64,000 bases of DNA from Chamaesiphon sp. (lineage in GTDB: Bacteria; Cyanobacteriota; Cyanobacteriia; Cyanobacteriales; Chamaesiphonaceae). The DNA is taken from NCBI GenBank assembly GCA_965246715.1, contig CBDFFH010000035.1:1-64000 (forward strand), given 5' to 3'. Of this stretch, positions 10,351-20,785 are shown in pieces. Numbering within the stretch: position 1 is the stretch's first letter; each line of letters begins with the position of its first letter. Below the pieces are notes generated by a model, which ran no database searches, was not told where the DNA came from, and saw nothing but the letters and a program-made list of their open reading frames with translations. Position numbers and translations under genes: made by a program.

Positions 10351-10719
10351 CTAATCACTAATCACTTCAACTGCGACGATATCGATCGTATCTGGAGGAG
10401 TCTCGCGAAGTAATTGACCTCGATCGACTTTGAGTACTTCACCACAGTTAGTACATTGAACCTCACTGCCATTGACTCCTTGAATGGGGTAATTGCAAAC
10501 CGGACAATCAGCTTGGACGATACTGCGACGCAACCACCAGAAAAATCCCAAAAACCCGACTACTGGGGTAACGACTGCCAATCCAATAATAACCAGTGCT
10601 GACTTAACCAACCAGCCTAATCCTAGACTACCCAACAGCAGACAGATTGCGACAATGGTCAACCAAGATTGGAATCCTGGCAGATTGACTTGAAATAGAT
10701 TTGGGCTGTTGTTATTCAC
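10351..10719 (-). CDS. Conserved cyanobacterial membrane protein with Zn-ribbon
   Basis: Two TM helices, CPVC...CTNC, and C-terminal TIDIVAV. Confidence 0.75.
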   Translation of the reverse strand: MNNNSPNLFQVNLPGFQSWLTIVAICLLLGSLGLGWLVKSALVIIGLAVVTPVVGFLGFFWWLRRSIVQADCPVCNYPIQGVNGSEVQCTNCGEVLKVDRGQLLRETPPDTIDIVAVEVISD

Positions 10720-11058
10720 TCAGGGTAGCTCCATACGACTGGAAGCCTCGGTTGTTTCCGATTGAGGGCTGCTTTCCAATCTTTAGTTTATCAGGAATCT
10801 TCTATGGTCGTGAGGATATTTGAGTGTTGGTTTCCTCACTGAGGAGATGAGGCGTTAGATGTTAGATGGTTCTAACGCCGAGCTGTTGGCTCGAAGGCCG
10901 CGATCTGACGAATGACTAGACAGAGTTTGAGCGTGTAGGTAATAATGTATTTGGCAGTAGCAACTATTTAGCTACAAGTCGTAAATAATTACTAGCCACC
11001 ATCAGAATCAAGGACAGTCGATCGAGCAAAGGGTATCGAACGAGGACGTGAGAATACG

Positions 11059-12960
11059 ATGCAGCCAGGATATTTGCTTCGCAATCGCTATTCTATTCAA
11101 AAACCGCTCGCGTCGGGTTATTTTGGCGACACATATCTAGCGATCGATCGGGACTATTACGGTCAGCGGTTTGTAGTTGTCAAACATCTCAAACCCCAAA
11201 GTAAAGCGCCAGCGGTACTAGAAATAGCCAGACGCTTATTCGAGACGGAAGCCATGGCGTTGCGACGATTGGGGGATAAAACCGATCGCATTCCCCAACT
11301 TCATGCTTACTTTGAAGAGCTAGATGAGTTTTATTTAGTCCAAGAATTTATCTCGGGGCAAACCCTCTCCCAAGAATTAGTCGGTGGCAGATTATCGACG
11401 AACGCGACCATCCAAATCCTGCATGAGATTCTGACAGGATTGAGTTTCGTTCATGCTGAAAATATAATTCACCGGGATCTCAAGCCAGATAATATCATCC
11501 GCCGATCGAGCGATCGCGCCCTCGTGCTAATCGACTTCGGTGCTGTCAAAGAAGTGCGTCAAGCCACGCTCACGCGCCCCAATCCGAAAACGATGGCATC
11601 AATTGGCTTTGGGACCGAAGGCTATATGCCCAGCGAGCAAGCTATGGGCTTTCCCAAACCAGCTAGCGATATCTATGCTGTCGGGGCAATCGGGATCGAG
11701 TGTTTGACTGGCAGAGAGCCGCATCAGTTATTCGATGAGGAGGCGCTGGAGTTCCGATGGCAACATCTTTATCGCGTCAGCGATCCCAAAATCGATCAGC
11801 GGATCGATCCTTTAGCTAGGGTTTTAACAAAGATGCTGCGGCAACGCTATCTCGATCGCTATGCCAATGCTACTGAAGCCTTACAAGCGCTCGATCTGTT
11901 GTTACAGCCATCACCACCAGAAGCATTAACTTCGCTGGTATCAAGCCGAGGCAGGCTCAAACCGATCGATCGATCGGCGTTTTTGAAATTGATAGGACTG
12001 GGTGGATTTGGGGCGATTAGTCTGTTTGTGCTGCCCCGGATTTTCCAGTATCCCGAGAACAAAGCCACTACACCGAAAATCGGTTCGGGAACGATGGCTA
12101 AACCGACAACAATTCAGTTTACATCGGTAAAATTGAACGATCGGGGCGACATTATCGATATCCCTAATGCGAGAGCACAGGTGTTTCAAGCAGAATTGGG
12201 TAATGGGATTTTTTTGACCACCGTCGAAATTCCGGCTGGTGAATTTATGATGGGTGCGCCACCGGGGGAAGCGGGTCGCATGGCACAGGAGCAGCCACAG
12301 CATCTGGTTAAAGTACCGAGGTTTTATCTGGGTCAAACGCAAGTAACTCAGGCTCAATGGGCGGCACTCTTTCCCGGTACGCCAGTAGGTGCTAGAGGCA
12401 ACGATCGATTGCCAGTACATAGTATCAATTGGCTGGATGCGATCGCTTTTTGCCAACTGCTCAGTCAAAAAACCGGACATCAATATCGTCTGCCTACCGA
12501 AGCCGAATGGGAGTACGCCTGTCGGGGCAATACCACAAGTCCATTTACTTATGGGGATACAATTATTACCTCAGTGGCAAATTACAATGGCGAACATCCT
12601 TACGGACAAGCACCAAAAGGAGAATTTCGCCAACAGGTGACTCCAGTTGCTAAATTTCCGCCCAATCTATTTGGGTTGTACGACATGCATGGCAATGTCT
12701 GGGAATGGTGTCTGGATGAATGGTTTGAGAATTATCAGGGTGCGCCCACTGATGGTAGCGCTAGGGGAGATATCGATCTTCGCAATGGCGATAGACTGCG
12801 AGTAGTGCGCGGGGGATCGTGGTTTTCTCACGGACAAATTTGTCGTGCGGCTAGTCGGACGGGGTTGTTTGGATTGTTTCGTCACGATAATTATGGGTTG
12901 CGGGTTGTGTGCGAACCGATGGTTCCTGAAACTGTTAATTATTCGACCACTGGCAAATAG
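11059..12960 (+). CDS. Ser/Thr protein kinase fused to a formylglycine-generating enzyme (FGE/SUMF1)-like domain
   Basis: HRDLKPDN and DFG in the N-terminus; RLPTEAEWEYACR and GLYDMHGNVWEW in the C-terminus. Confidence 0.92.
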   Translation: MQPGYLLRNRYSIQKPLASGYFGDTYLAIDRDYYGQRFVVVKHLKPQSKAPAVLEIARRLFETEAMALRRLGDKTDRIPQLHAYFEELDEFYLVQEFISGQTLSQELVGGRLSTNATIQILHEILTGLSFVHAENIIHRDLKPDNIIRRSSDRALVLIDFGAVKEVRQATLTRPNPKTMASIGFGTEGYMPSEQAMGFPKPASDIYAVGAIGIECLTGREPHQLFDEEALEFRWQHLYRVSDPKIDQRIDPLARVLTKMLRQRYLDRYANATEALQALDLLLQPSPPEALTSLVSSRGRLKPIDRSAFLKLIGLGGFGAISLFVLPRIFQYPENKATTPKIGSGTMAKPTTIQFTSVKLNDRGDIIDIPNARAQVFQAELGNGIFLTTVEIPAGEFMMGAPPGEAGRMAQEQPQHLVKVPRFYLGQTQVTQAQWAALFPGTPVGARGNDRLPVHSINWLDAIAFCQLLSQKTGHQYRLPTEAEWEYACRGNTTSPFTYGDTIITSVANYNGEHPYGQAPKGEFRQQVTPVAKFPPNLFGLYDMHGNVWEWCLDEWFENYQGAPTDGSARGDIDLRNGDRLRVVRGGSWFSHGQICRAASRTGLFGLFRHDNYGLRVVCEPMVPETVNYSTTGK

Positions 12961-13029
12961 CGGTAAATATTCATAATTGTTGATAACCGATCGAGCTTAG
13001 CTCTCGCTCAATCTAGTTGCTTCTATTGA

Positions 13030-13105
13030 ATCCATAGACAAATTAAATAGGTGAACTGTAAATAGGCTATTTTATTTCTATGATAATCATAGAAAACTAC
13101 AATGT
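13030..13105 (+). promoter_or_regulatory. Putative LysR-type (CcmR/NdhR-like) operator region upstream of ndhF3
   Basis: ATAG-initiated T-N11-A boxes (atagacaaattaaat, atagaaaactacaat) in an AT-rich leader; weak match. Confidence 0.3.
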
Positions 13106-13232
13106 ATAAGTAAAAATTACTGTGAATATCGCACATGGATATGCCCACGATCTATCTTTTATTTTAGTTTTAGACTAATCTGATAAAAAGATGAATTGCA
13201 AGCATTAATTATTACAATTAGATTTTAAATTC

Positions 13233-15062
13233 ATGGATCATTTCTTCCTCCATAACATCTGGTTGATTCAATGCTACCCATTGATTGGTGCTGTTCTGGC
13301 AATTCTGTTGTCGTTGGCATCGGGACAAGTAGGCACTAGGCCTGCTGGCTACCTCAATATTTTGATGGCTGGGGTTGCGTTTGTTCATGCTGTTTTAGCA
13401 CTAGCAATAGGTTGGGAATTACCAGCTCAAGAAATTAGTTATAGCTGGCTGCACACCAATACTTTAGATATCAATTTTCCGATCGCGATTTCGACAATTA
13501 CGCTGACTGCGGTAGCGGTAGTTACGGGTATCAATGTGATTTCGCAAATCTATGCAGTTGGTTATCTAGAGACGGATTGGGGCTGGGCGCGATTCTTTTC
13601 ACTGATGAATTGTTTCGGGGCGGGAATTTGCGGTTTGGTACTTTCAAATTCCCTGTTCTTTAGTTATGTATTCCTCGAATTGCTGACCTTAGCGACCTAT
13701 TTATTGGTGGGATTTTGGTTCGCCCAACCGCTGGTAATTACTGGAGCGCGCGATGCCTTCTGGACGAAGCGGGTCGGCGATATCATCCTGTTAATGGGCG
13801 TAATTGCCGTGTATCCCCTCGCAGGGACGTGGAATTTTACTGAATTAGCTACGTGGTCGCAAACAGCAAGTCTAGACCCTTCAGTAGCCACCTTGTTGGG
13901 TTTAGCTCTGATTGCGGGGCCATTGGGTAAATGTGCCCAAATTCCCTTCCAATCATGGCTGGATGAAGCAATGGAGGCACCAGTTCCCGCGACGGTATTG
14001 CGGAATGCGGTAGTTGTCGGCGCGGGAGCATTTGTACTGGTGAAATTGGCTCCGGTCATTTCGCTTTCCCCGATTGTTTTAAATTCATTGGTGATTTTAG
14101 GAGTCGGTACATCGATTTGTTGTTCGCTAATCGCGATCGCGCAAATCGATATCAAACGGGTAATTTCCTATGCTTTGAGTGCTTATATCGGTTTGGTATT
14201 TATTGCCGTTGGTACGCAAAATCTGGATTCTGCTCAATTTATTTTATTCAATGAATCCTTTGGGATGGCATTGTTATATATGAGTGCGGGTTCGATTATT
14301 TGGACGAATATCACTCAAGATCTGACTCAACTAGGTGGCTTATGGGCGACTCGTCCACTAACGGCGTTATCGATGTTAGTCGCGATCGGTTCTTTTATCG
14401 CACTACCACCATTAGGTGGTTTTTGGGGTTTTCTCCAATTAATCCAAAGTTTATGGGTAGAACAACCTTGGTTGGTAGGCGTAATTCTGATCGTTAATGC
14501 CTTGACGGCATTTAGTTTGACGCGATTATTTTGTCGAATCTTTTTGGGAACACCGCAACCGATGGCGCAAAGATCGCCAGAGCCGTTTTGGTTGATTAGT
14601 TTGCCCGTAATTTCTTTGGCGGCGCTGATCTGTCATATTCCGATAATTTTGTGGCGAGCGGGTGCGCTGATAGACTCGATCGATTTGGATCTCCAATTGG
14701 CTCCGTTGTTATTATGGTCTAGTGTCTTGGGTATTGGATCGAGTGGTCTGATTTATGGCATCGATACGATTGCTAAGCCGATTAAATTACCCGTTCCATT
14801 GGTGCAAAACTTTTTTGCTTACGATTTTTATATTCAACGATTTTATCAATTAACGATCGTGTTATTGGTCGCAATTAGTGCGCGGGTTATTAATTGGTTC
14901 GATCGATATATTGTCGATGGATTGGTAAATTTGGTAGGGATCGGGACGTTGTTTAGCGGTCAGGCTTTGAAATATACGACTTCGGGACAGTCTCAGCTGT
15001 ATATATTGTTGGGGTTCTCTGGGGTGGTGTTGTTGGGGTTATTAATGGGGTTATTGGTGTAA
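13233..15062 (+). CDS. ndhF3: NAD(P)H-quinone oxidoreductase subunit F3 (CO2 uptake)
   Basis: ETDWGWARFF, WLDEAMEAP and YTTSGQSQ motifs; followed by ndhD and cupA. Confidence 0.88.
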   Translation: MDHFFLHNIWLIQCYPLIGAVLAILLSLASGQVGTRPAGYLNILMAGVAFVHAVLALAIGWELPAQEISYSWLHTNTLDINFPIAISTITLTAVAVVTGINVISQIYAVGYLETDWGWARFFSLMNCFGAGICGLVLSNSLFFSYVFLELLTLATYLLVGFWFAQPLVITGARDAFWTKRVGDIILLMGVIAVYPLAGTWNFTELATWSQTASLDPSVATLLGLALIAGPLGKCAQIPFQSWLDEAMEAPVPATVLRNAVVVGAGAFVLVKLAPVISLSPIVLNSLVILGVGTSICCSLIAIAQIDIKRVISYALSAYIGLVFIAVGTQNLDSAQFILFNESFGMALLYMSAGSIIWTNITQDLTQLGGLWATRPLTALSMLVAIGSFIALPPLGGFWGFLQLIQSLWVEQPWLVGVILIVNALTAFSLTRLFCRIFLGTPQPMAQRSPEPFWLISLPVISLAALICHIPIILWRAGALIDSIDLDLQLAPLLLWSSVLGIGSSGLIYGIDTIAKPIKLPVPLVQNFFAYDFYIQRFYQLTIVLLVAISARVINWFDRYIVDGLVNLVGIGTLFSGQALKYTTSGQSQLYILLGFSGVVLLGLLMGLLV

Positions 15063-15158
15063 TCGAGTCTTTTTTTAACGCAAAGTTCGCAAAGAAGGCG
15101 CGAAGGGCGCGGAGGAATTTGTAGTAGGTATTCGGTGTTTGTCTAGGAGAATTTTGAG

Positions 15159-16577
15159 ATGATGTTGAGTTCGATCGTGTTATTACCTGTATTAGGAGCA
15201 ATTTTAATTGGAATTTTACCGAATTTTAGTCGCTCGATCGCGTTGATAGTTTCGGGGTTGGGTTTGTTAATATCGATCGCGGTGGCGGTGGGGTTTAATT
15301 ATCAAGTTGGTGGGTTACAATTTGTCGAGTATTTTACTTGGATCGAGCCGCTGGGTTTGGATTATCATTTAGGAATCGACGGGCTATCTTTACCATTGGT
15401 AATTCTCAATGCGTTGTTAGTTGTATTATCGGTACAAGCTACGCCCAAAGATGTCGATCGACCGAGATTATTTCATTCGTTACTGTTGTTAGTCAGTGCG
15501 GCAGTTATGGGTGCTTTTTTAGCACAGAACTTACTATTATTCTTCCTGTTCTACGAACTAGAACTAATTCCGCTCTATCTATTAATTGCCATCTGGGGTG
15601 GCGAAAAACGTGGTTATGCAGCGACTAAATTTCTAATCTATCAAGCTTTGTCAGGACTGATCTTACTTGCTGGCTTCTTAAGTTGGGCGTGGTTTACAAA
15701 AACTGGCAATTTTAACTATGAGGTGTTAGCGGCTACGCGCTTACCAGCTAATTTACAACTGTTACTCGTCAGCGTTATTCTCTTGGGTTTTGGTATTAAG
15801 ATGCCCCTGGTACCCTTCCATACTTGGCTCCCCGATGCTTATGTTGAAGCTTCGACACCGATCTCGATGCTATTGGGTGGAATCATCTCTAAATTAGGTG
15901 CTTACGGTTTACTTCGCTTTGCCTTCGGTTTATTTCCCGATGTCTGGGCGATTGTTGCCCCTTGGCTCGCGGTGATTGCGGTAATTACTGCCGTCTATGG
16001 TAGCCTAATCGCGATCGCGCAAACGGATATCAAAAAAACGATCGCGTATAGTTCAGTCGCCCACTTGAGTTATGTTTTGCTCGCCGCCGCCGCTGGTACT
16101 TCATTGAGTATCTTAGGTGCCGTCTGTCAGATGGTAGCGCATGGTTTAATTCTCGCGCTGATGTTCAACCTTGTCGGCATTATCGAAGCCAAGACAGGTA
16201 CACGAGACATTAACAAACTCCAGGGTTTACTCAACCCCAAACGCGGCTTACCGTTTACAGGTGGCGTTCTGATTTTAGCGATGATGGCGAGTGCTGGGAT
16301 TCCGGGAATGGTAGGTTTCATCGGTGAATTTCTCTCTTTTCAAGGCAGTTATAGCGTCTTTCCGCTCGCCACCCTCATCTGCATCGCCAGCACTGGACTC
16401 ACCTCCGTCTACTTCGTCATCATTATCAATCGCACCCTGTTCGGTAAACTGCCAAATCTTACCTATTTACCTAAAGTTCTAGATTACGAACGAATTCCCG
16501 CGATCGTACTTACTGCTCTGATTATCTTACTGGGCATTCAACCAAATTGGCTGATTGGGCTAGTGGGGAATGGCTGA
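15159..16577 (+). CDS. ndhD3: NAD(P)H-quinone oxidoreductase subunit D3
   Basis: FYELELIPLY, HTWLPDAYVEAS and GLLNPKRGLP motifs. Confidence 0.88.
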   Translation: MMLSSIVLLPVLGAILIGILPNFSRSIALIVSGLGLLISIAVAVGFNYQVGGLQFVEYFTWIEPLGLDYHLGIDGLSLPLVILNALLVVLSVQATPKDVDRPRLFHSLLLLVSAAVMGAFLAQNLLLFFLFYELELIPLYLLIAIWGGEKRGYAATKFLIYQALSGLILLAGFLSWAWFTKTGNFNYEVLAATRLPANLQLLLVSVILLGFGIKMPLVPFHTWLPDAYVEASTPISMLLGGIISKLGAYGLLRFAFGLFPDVWAIVAPWLAVIAVITAVYGSLIAIAQTDIKKTIAYSSVAHLSYVLLAAAAGTSLSILGAVCQMVAHGLILALMFNLVGIIEAKTGTRDINKLQGLLNPKRGLPFTGGVLILAMMASAGIPGMVGFIGEFLSFQGSYSVFPLATLICIASTGLTSVYFVIIINRTLFGKLPNLTYLPKVLDYERIPAIVLTALIILLGIQPNWLIGLVGNG

Positions 16578-16712
16578 ACCCACCCCACCGCTACGCGGCA
16601 CCCCTCCGAGGAGGGGACTTAACCGCCTACAAATAACCTCTTTGCGTCCTCTGCACCTTCTCCGCGTCCTTTGCGTTAAAAAACATTATTAAAACCATAG
16701 TAAAAGCAACCT

Positions 16713-18011
16713 ATGACAACTGCAACTCCGCCCTCACCCACCAAGCTTCCCCCCTCCACGCATCAATTCGCCGAAATCATCCATCGCCTCGAAGCAGGTG
16801 GTGCGATGCTCCCCGACACTCCTGAAAACCTGATGCAAATCATCGGGTTGTACAAAGCTTACGCCGTACCGATGGACTTCTACTGGCGCGATTTGCTCTA
16901 CATCGCCGAGCGAGTATTTATCAATCCCCTTCCTGCCTTCAAATACTTCCTGCCGCAAGAATACATCGATCTCCCCAACCACTATGCGGGAGATACCGCA
17001 GACTTACGCATCTGGCAAAAAGGTGCAGCCTCCGCCCATCCTGAATTACTCGAATTCATGGAAAATGGACGCACGCGCAACATGCCCAAACTCTTCCATC
17101 ACTTATTGCACGATCGCATTAACATGGAATTTGCAGAAGCCTGTATGCAAGCGATGTACTGGCATCGGGGTATGGGCGGACAATTCGATCCGTACCTAGA
17201 TACTCCAGAATACAAGCAAAATGCCGATCGAGCGATTAAAGCCTATTTTCAGGGCAATCCGGCGATGTTGGCGCTGTACAAACTTTTCCCCGACATGTTT
17301 ATCGAGCAGGTGCGCGTCATGTCTTACTATTCCAACTTGGGACTGTTTTGGGAAGTAATGGCTCCGGTATTCTTTGAGATGAGCGACTTGTATGATGAGG
17401 GGAAAATTACCTCTGTCCCCGAAGCGATGAATTTCCTCGTCAATGGGATTTTTGCCGTCGCAGGACGACCGATTTATCACCATGTGTATATTCGTGGGGA
17501 ACTGTTTGAAATCATCCCCAAATCCTGCGGCTTTACCTGGCTATACGAAGCGGCTTTACCTTATGTCGAGGCAGTATTCTATCGTACCGCTCCCTTCCGA
17601 GGCACGAAATCTTATAACGCTCAAGCCGAGCAGGTACCTGTCGAGCAAAAAGATTTCCATTATGGGATTTTGTATGCAGATGTAAATCCGGTCGGCAGTG
17701 CGGGGATTCCACCGACATTATTAATGGATGATATGTATCATTTCCTCCCCCAATATTTGGTCGATTATTATCAACACCACTGTCGGGGTAAGGATGATAT
17801 GTTGATTCAATTAGGTGTAAGCTTTCAGCGATCGATGTTTTGTGTCACATCGGCTGTAATTCAAGCGCTCCGCACTGCTCTGCTCTATCCGCTCGACGAT
17901 ACCAACCCCGAACATCTTCAGAAAAACCGCGAATTTTTTGAAGCGCAGATGGACAGGTTCAAACGTCCAGAAGCTTGTTTGCGCGATATTCAAGACCAGG
18001 AGTATCGGTAA
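16713..18011 (+). CDS. cupA: CO2 hydration protein CupA (ChpY)
   Basis: RLEAGGAMLPDTPENL, HDRINMEFAE and FRGTKSYNAQA; 432-aa length fits CupA rather than CupB. Confidence 0.92.
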   Translation: MTTATPPSPTKLPPSTHQFAEIIHRLEAGGAMLPDTPENLMQIIGLYKAYAVPMDFYWRDLLYIAERVFINPLPAFKYFLPQEYIDLPNHYAGDTADLRIWQKGAASAHPELLEFMENGRTRNMPKLFHHLLHDRINMEFAEACMQAMYWHRGMGGQFDPYLDTPEYKQNADRAIKAYFQGNPAMLALYKLFPDMFIEQVRVMSYYSNLGLFWEVMAPVFFEMSDLYDEGKITSVPEAMNFLVNGIFAVAGRPIYHHVYIRGELFEIIPKSCGFTWLYEAALPYVEAVFYRTAPFRGTKSYNAQAEQVPVEQKDFHYGILYADVNPVGSAGIPPTLLMDDMYHFLPQYLVDYYQHHCRGKDDMLIQLGVSFQRSMFCVTSAVIQALRTALLYPLDDTNPEHLQKNREFFEAQMDRFKRPEACLRDIQDQEYR

Positions 18012-18016
18012 TTATT

Positions 18017-18619
18017 ATGGTGGAATGGATTAATAACTTAATGAGTAGTTTAGGATACTGGGGCATCGGGCTACTGATGTTCTTAGAGAATCTCTTTCCA
18101 CCCATTCCTTCCGAGCTAATTATGCCATTAGCTGGCTTTACAGTAGCTCAAGGAAAAATGAATTTTGGTTTGGCCGTTCTTGCTGGTACCGTTGGCACGA
18201 TGGCGGGTACCTACGCCTGGTATTATCTGGGACGATTGGTAAATTATCAGCGGTTACAGACTTGGACGGATCGCTATGGCAAATGGATAAGGGTAACTGC
18301 CAAAGATATCGATCGAGTCAATGATTGGTTTAATAAATATGGCACCAAAGCCGTCTTTTTTGGGCGGATGGTACCCGGCATTCGGACGCTGATTTCACTG
18401 CCAGCAGGGATGAATCAGATGCCTTTTATCTCTTTTACCATTTATTCGACCATCGGCACTTTTATCTGGACGCTAGCCTTGACTGCGGCAGGATTTCTAT
18501 TAGGTGATAATTATGCCTCGATCGAACACTACTTAGCCCCGATTTCCAAACTAGTTTTATTTGGGTTAATCGGCTTATTCGGTTATTGGTTATTCAAAAA
18601 AATTCGGACAAACAACTAA
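18017..18619 (+). CDS. DedA family membrane protein
   Basis: [18 protein letters not shown] and [18 protein letters not shown] motifs. Confidence 0.9.
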   Translation: MVEWINNLMSSLGYWGIGLLMFLENLFPPIPSELIMPLAGFTVAQGKMNFGLAVLAGTVGTMAGTYAWYYLGRLVNYQRLQTWTDRYGKWIRVTAKDIDRVNDWFNKYGTKAVFFGRMVPGIRTLISLPAGMNQMPFISFTIYSTIGTFIWTLALTAAGFLLGDNYASIEHYLAPISKLVLFGLIGLFGYWLFKKIRTNN

Positions 18620-18635
18620 TTCAAGTAAAATTATT

Positions 18636-19037
18636 ATGCCAGATATCGTAGACATCGCAGTAAGCAACGACAACTTTAAAACCCTAGTCGCCGCAGTCCA
18701 AGCAGCCGGATTGGTAGATGCCTTAAAGTCCCCAGGGCCATTTACAGTCTTTGCCCCAATTGACGAAGCTTTTGCAAACTTGCCCCCAGGTACGGTGCAA
18801 ACTCTAGTCCAAAATCCCCCACAATTAGCAAGGATTCTCAAGTTTCACGTAGTTGCGGGAAAATATACTAAAGCCGATCTGGCTAAACTTGGTACTGTTG
18901 AATCGCTAGAAGGTTCACCGATCCCAATTAACTGCCAGTCAGCTTTTGAAGTTAAAAACTCTACAGTAATTATGGAAGATATCGAAGCTAGTAATGGAAT
19001 AATTCATGTTATCGATCGCGTAATCTTAATGGGTTAA
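18636..19037 (+). CDS. cupS: Fasciclin-domain protein CupS
   Basis: FAS1 motifs GPFTVFAP and NGIIHVID; located at the end of the cupA operon. Confidence 0.8.
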   Translation: MPDIVDIAVSNDNFKTLVAAVQAAGLVDALKSPGPFTVFAPIDEAFANLPPGTVQTLVQNPPQLARILKFHVVAGKYTKADLAKLGTVESLEGSPIPINCQSAFEVKNSTVIMEDIEASNGIIHVIDRVILMG

Positions 19038-20225
19038 TCCTGGCTCCGCTCCCCGCTCTTTCATCGGTAAGTCTTCATTGATGGCGATGATTTCTTCCCG
19101 CTCGCGCTCGTTAACTCGTTCGAGATAATCGCGAACGATGCTGCCAAATTGCGGATGATAAAAACGATGTAAACTATAATTTGCTGTTGCTGGAAAACCG
19201 CGTCGCTTTTTGTGTCTGCCGCCTGCACCCGGATCGAAAATCTTGATGCCATTTTGGATGCCCCATTCGATCGGCGTATAGTAACAAGCATCAAAATGCA
19301 GACAGTCCACATCTTCACTACTCCCCCAATAGCGACCATAGAGTCGATCGCCTTTAGTAATACAAAAAGACATGCCTACCGGTGTAGTGGGATCTTCGCC
19401 ATGTGCTGTGACAAATACCACCCGATGGCGATAGTTATCAGCCAAGCGATCGAAAAAATCTGGAGTGAGATATTTACTTCCCCACCAACCAAATTTGTCG
19501 CAAGTATCAGCGTAAAAAGCGTACATCTGCGAAAATAACTCTGGGTTAATGCGATCGCCAGTCACGGTAGTTAACTTCAGCCCGACTTCTTTGACAGCTT
19601 TGCGTTCGCGCTTGATATTGCGCCGTTGGTTGGCATTAAATACGCTGAGATAATCATCGAAAGTCTGAAACTCGCGATCTTGCCAAACGTAATTATGATT
19701 GATCCAAGTACTATAGCCGCATGCGTTCATTGTCGATTGCCAGGCTGGATCGACATACAAGAAGTGACAGCCAGATAAGCGGTGCAGCTTACAAAAATCA
19801 TCGATCGCGCGCACCATTAACTCTGTAATCGCCGATTCATCCTCACTCGGAGCGATCAGGAACCGATAACCTTCAGCCGGAGTTACCGGAGCCATCCCCA
19901 CTAACTTTGGATAGTAGCGAATTCCCATCCGCTGAGCCAGATCTGCCCATTGATTATCGAAAATAAATTCGCCGTAGCTATGCCCCTTTACATATAACGG
20001 CGCAGCAGCAACTAGTTCCTGCCCTTGCCACACTGTCAGATGGCTCGGTAACCAGCCTGTCTCTGCCGTCACGCTGCCAGAAATCTCCATGTTATTCAAC
20101 CACGCCCACTCTAGAAAGGGAGTCTTTAAGGGCATGGCGAGCGCGTCCCAAGCAGCTTGAGGAATCTCGGCTAAATGGTTAATCCAGCGGATAGTATAAT
20201 TCGATCGGGTCATACAGGGTGGCAA
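19026..20225 (-). CDS. FemAB-like GNAT family protein (DUF482)
   Basis: [26 protein letters not shown] and GAGGRHK motifs. Confidence 0.85.
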   Translation of the reverse strand: MPPCMTRSNYTIRWINHLAEIPQAAWDALAMPLKTPFLEWAWLNNMEISGSVTAETGWLPSHLTVWQGQELVAAAPLYVKGHSYGEFIFDNQWADLAQRMGIRYYPKLVGMAPVTPAEGYRFLIAPSEDESAITELMVRAIDDFCKLHRLSGCHFLYVDPAWQSTMNACGYSTWINHNYVWQDREFQTFDDYLSVFNANQRRNIKRERKAVKEVGLKLTTVTGDRINPELFSQMYAFYADTCDKFGWWGSKYLTPDFFDRLADNYRHRVVFVTAHGEDPTTPVGMSFCITKGDRLYGRYWGSSEDVDCLHFDACYYTPIEWGIQNGIKIFDPGAGGRHKKRRGFPATANYSLHRFYHPQFGSIVRDYLERVNEREREEIIAINEDLPMKERGAEPGLTH

Positions 20226-20324
20226 TAACTTGGCTACTCCTCTCTATATGTAAACCATTTCGATCGAAATTTGTAGCTAACGAAAAATATCGCTCGATCG
20301 GGTCTCAAATAATTTAGATTTCAG

Positions 20325-20555
20325 CTACAATTTTTGCCAAGCTTGAGCGACAATTTGGGTCAGCCATTGGCGTTGGGCGGAGTCGAGCAGGCTATCGTCA
20401 AGGAGGAGTTCGGCGACTACATCATCGAGGGATTTGCCTTGAGCGCGAGAAATGCCGATCGCACCAGCAATTGCAGCAGCGACTAGTTCTTCACTGGGTG
20501 GGGAGTCTCTAAGTGCGACCAGCTCTTGATGTGTCGCTGGAATTGGATGATCCAT
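20325..20555 (-). CDS. Small conserved cyanobacterial hypothetical protein
   Basis: 76-aa ORF with ELVAAAIAG..RAQGKSL pattern. Confidence 0.65.
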   Translation of the reverse strand: MDHPIPATHQELVALRDSPPSEELVAAAIAGAIGISRAQGKSLDDVVAELLLDDSLLDSAQRQWLTQIVAQAWQKL

Positions 20556-20785
20556 GGTATTTAACTAAAGTTCGGTCTTAAAATTAGGGAATGCGAGCGC
20601 CCCGTCCGCGCTCTGGTGAAAAATAGCGAGCGATCCAAAATATTCAGATCCCACTCGATCGATCCCAAGAATTAACATTGAGTTGTAAAATTTATTTAAG
20701 GGTTTATGATAAATTCGGCATAGGGGATCGTAGCATGAGACTCGTTCGTGTCAAGAGTTTTTAGATTATTTTTAATGAATTTCCT

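Noticed and set aside
10720..10790. Possible structured 5' UTR hairpin
   Set aside because: Pairing is weak and matches no RNA family I recognise.
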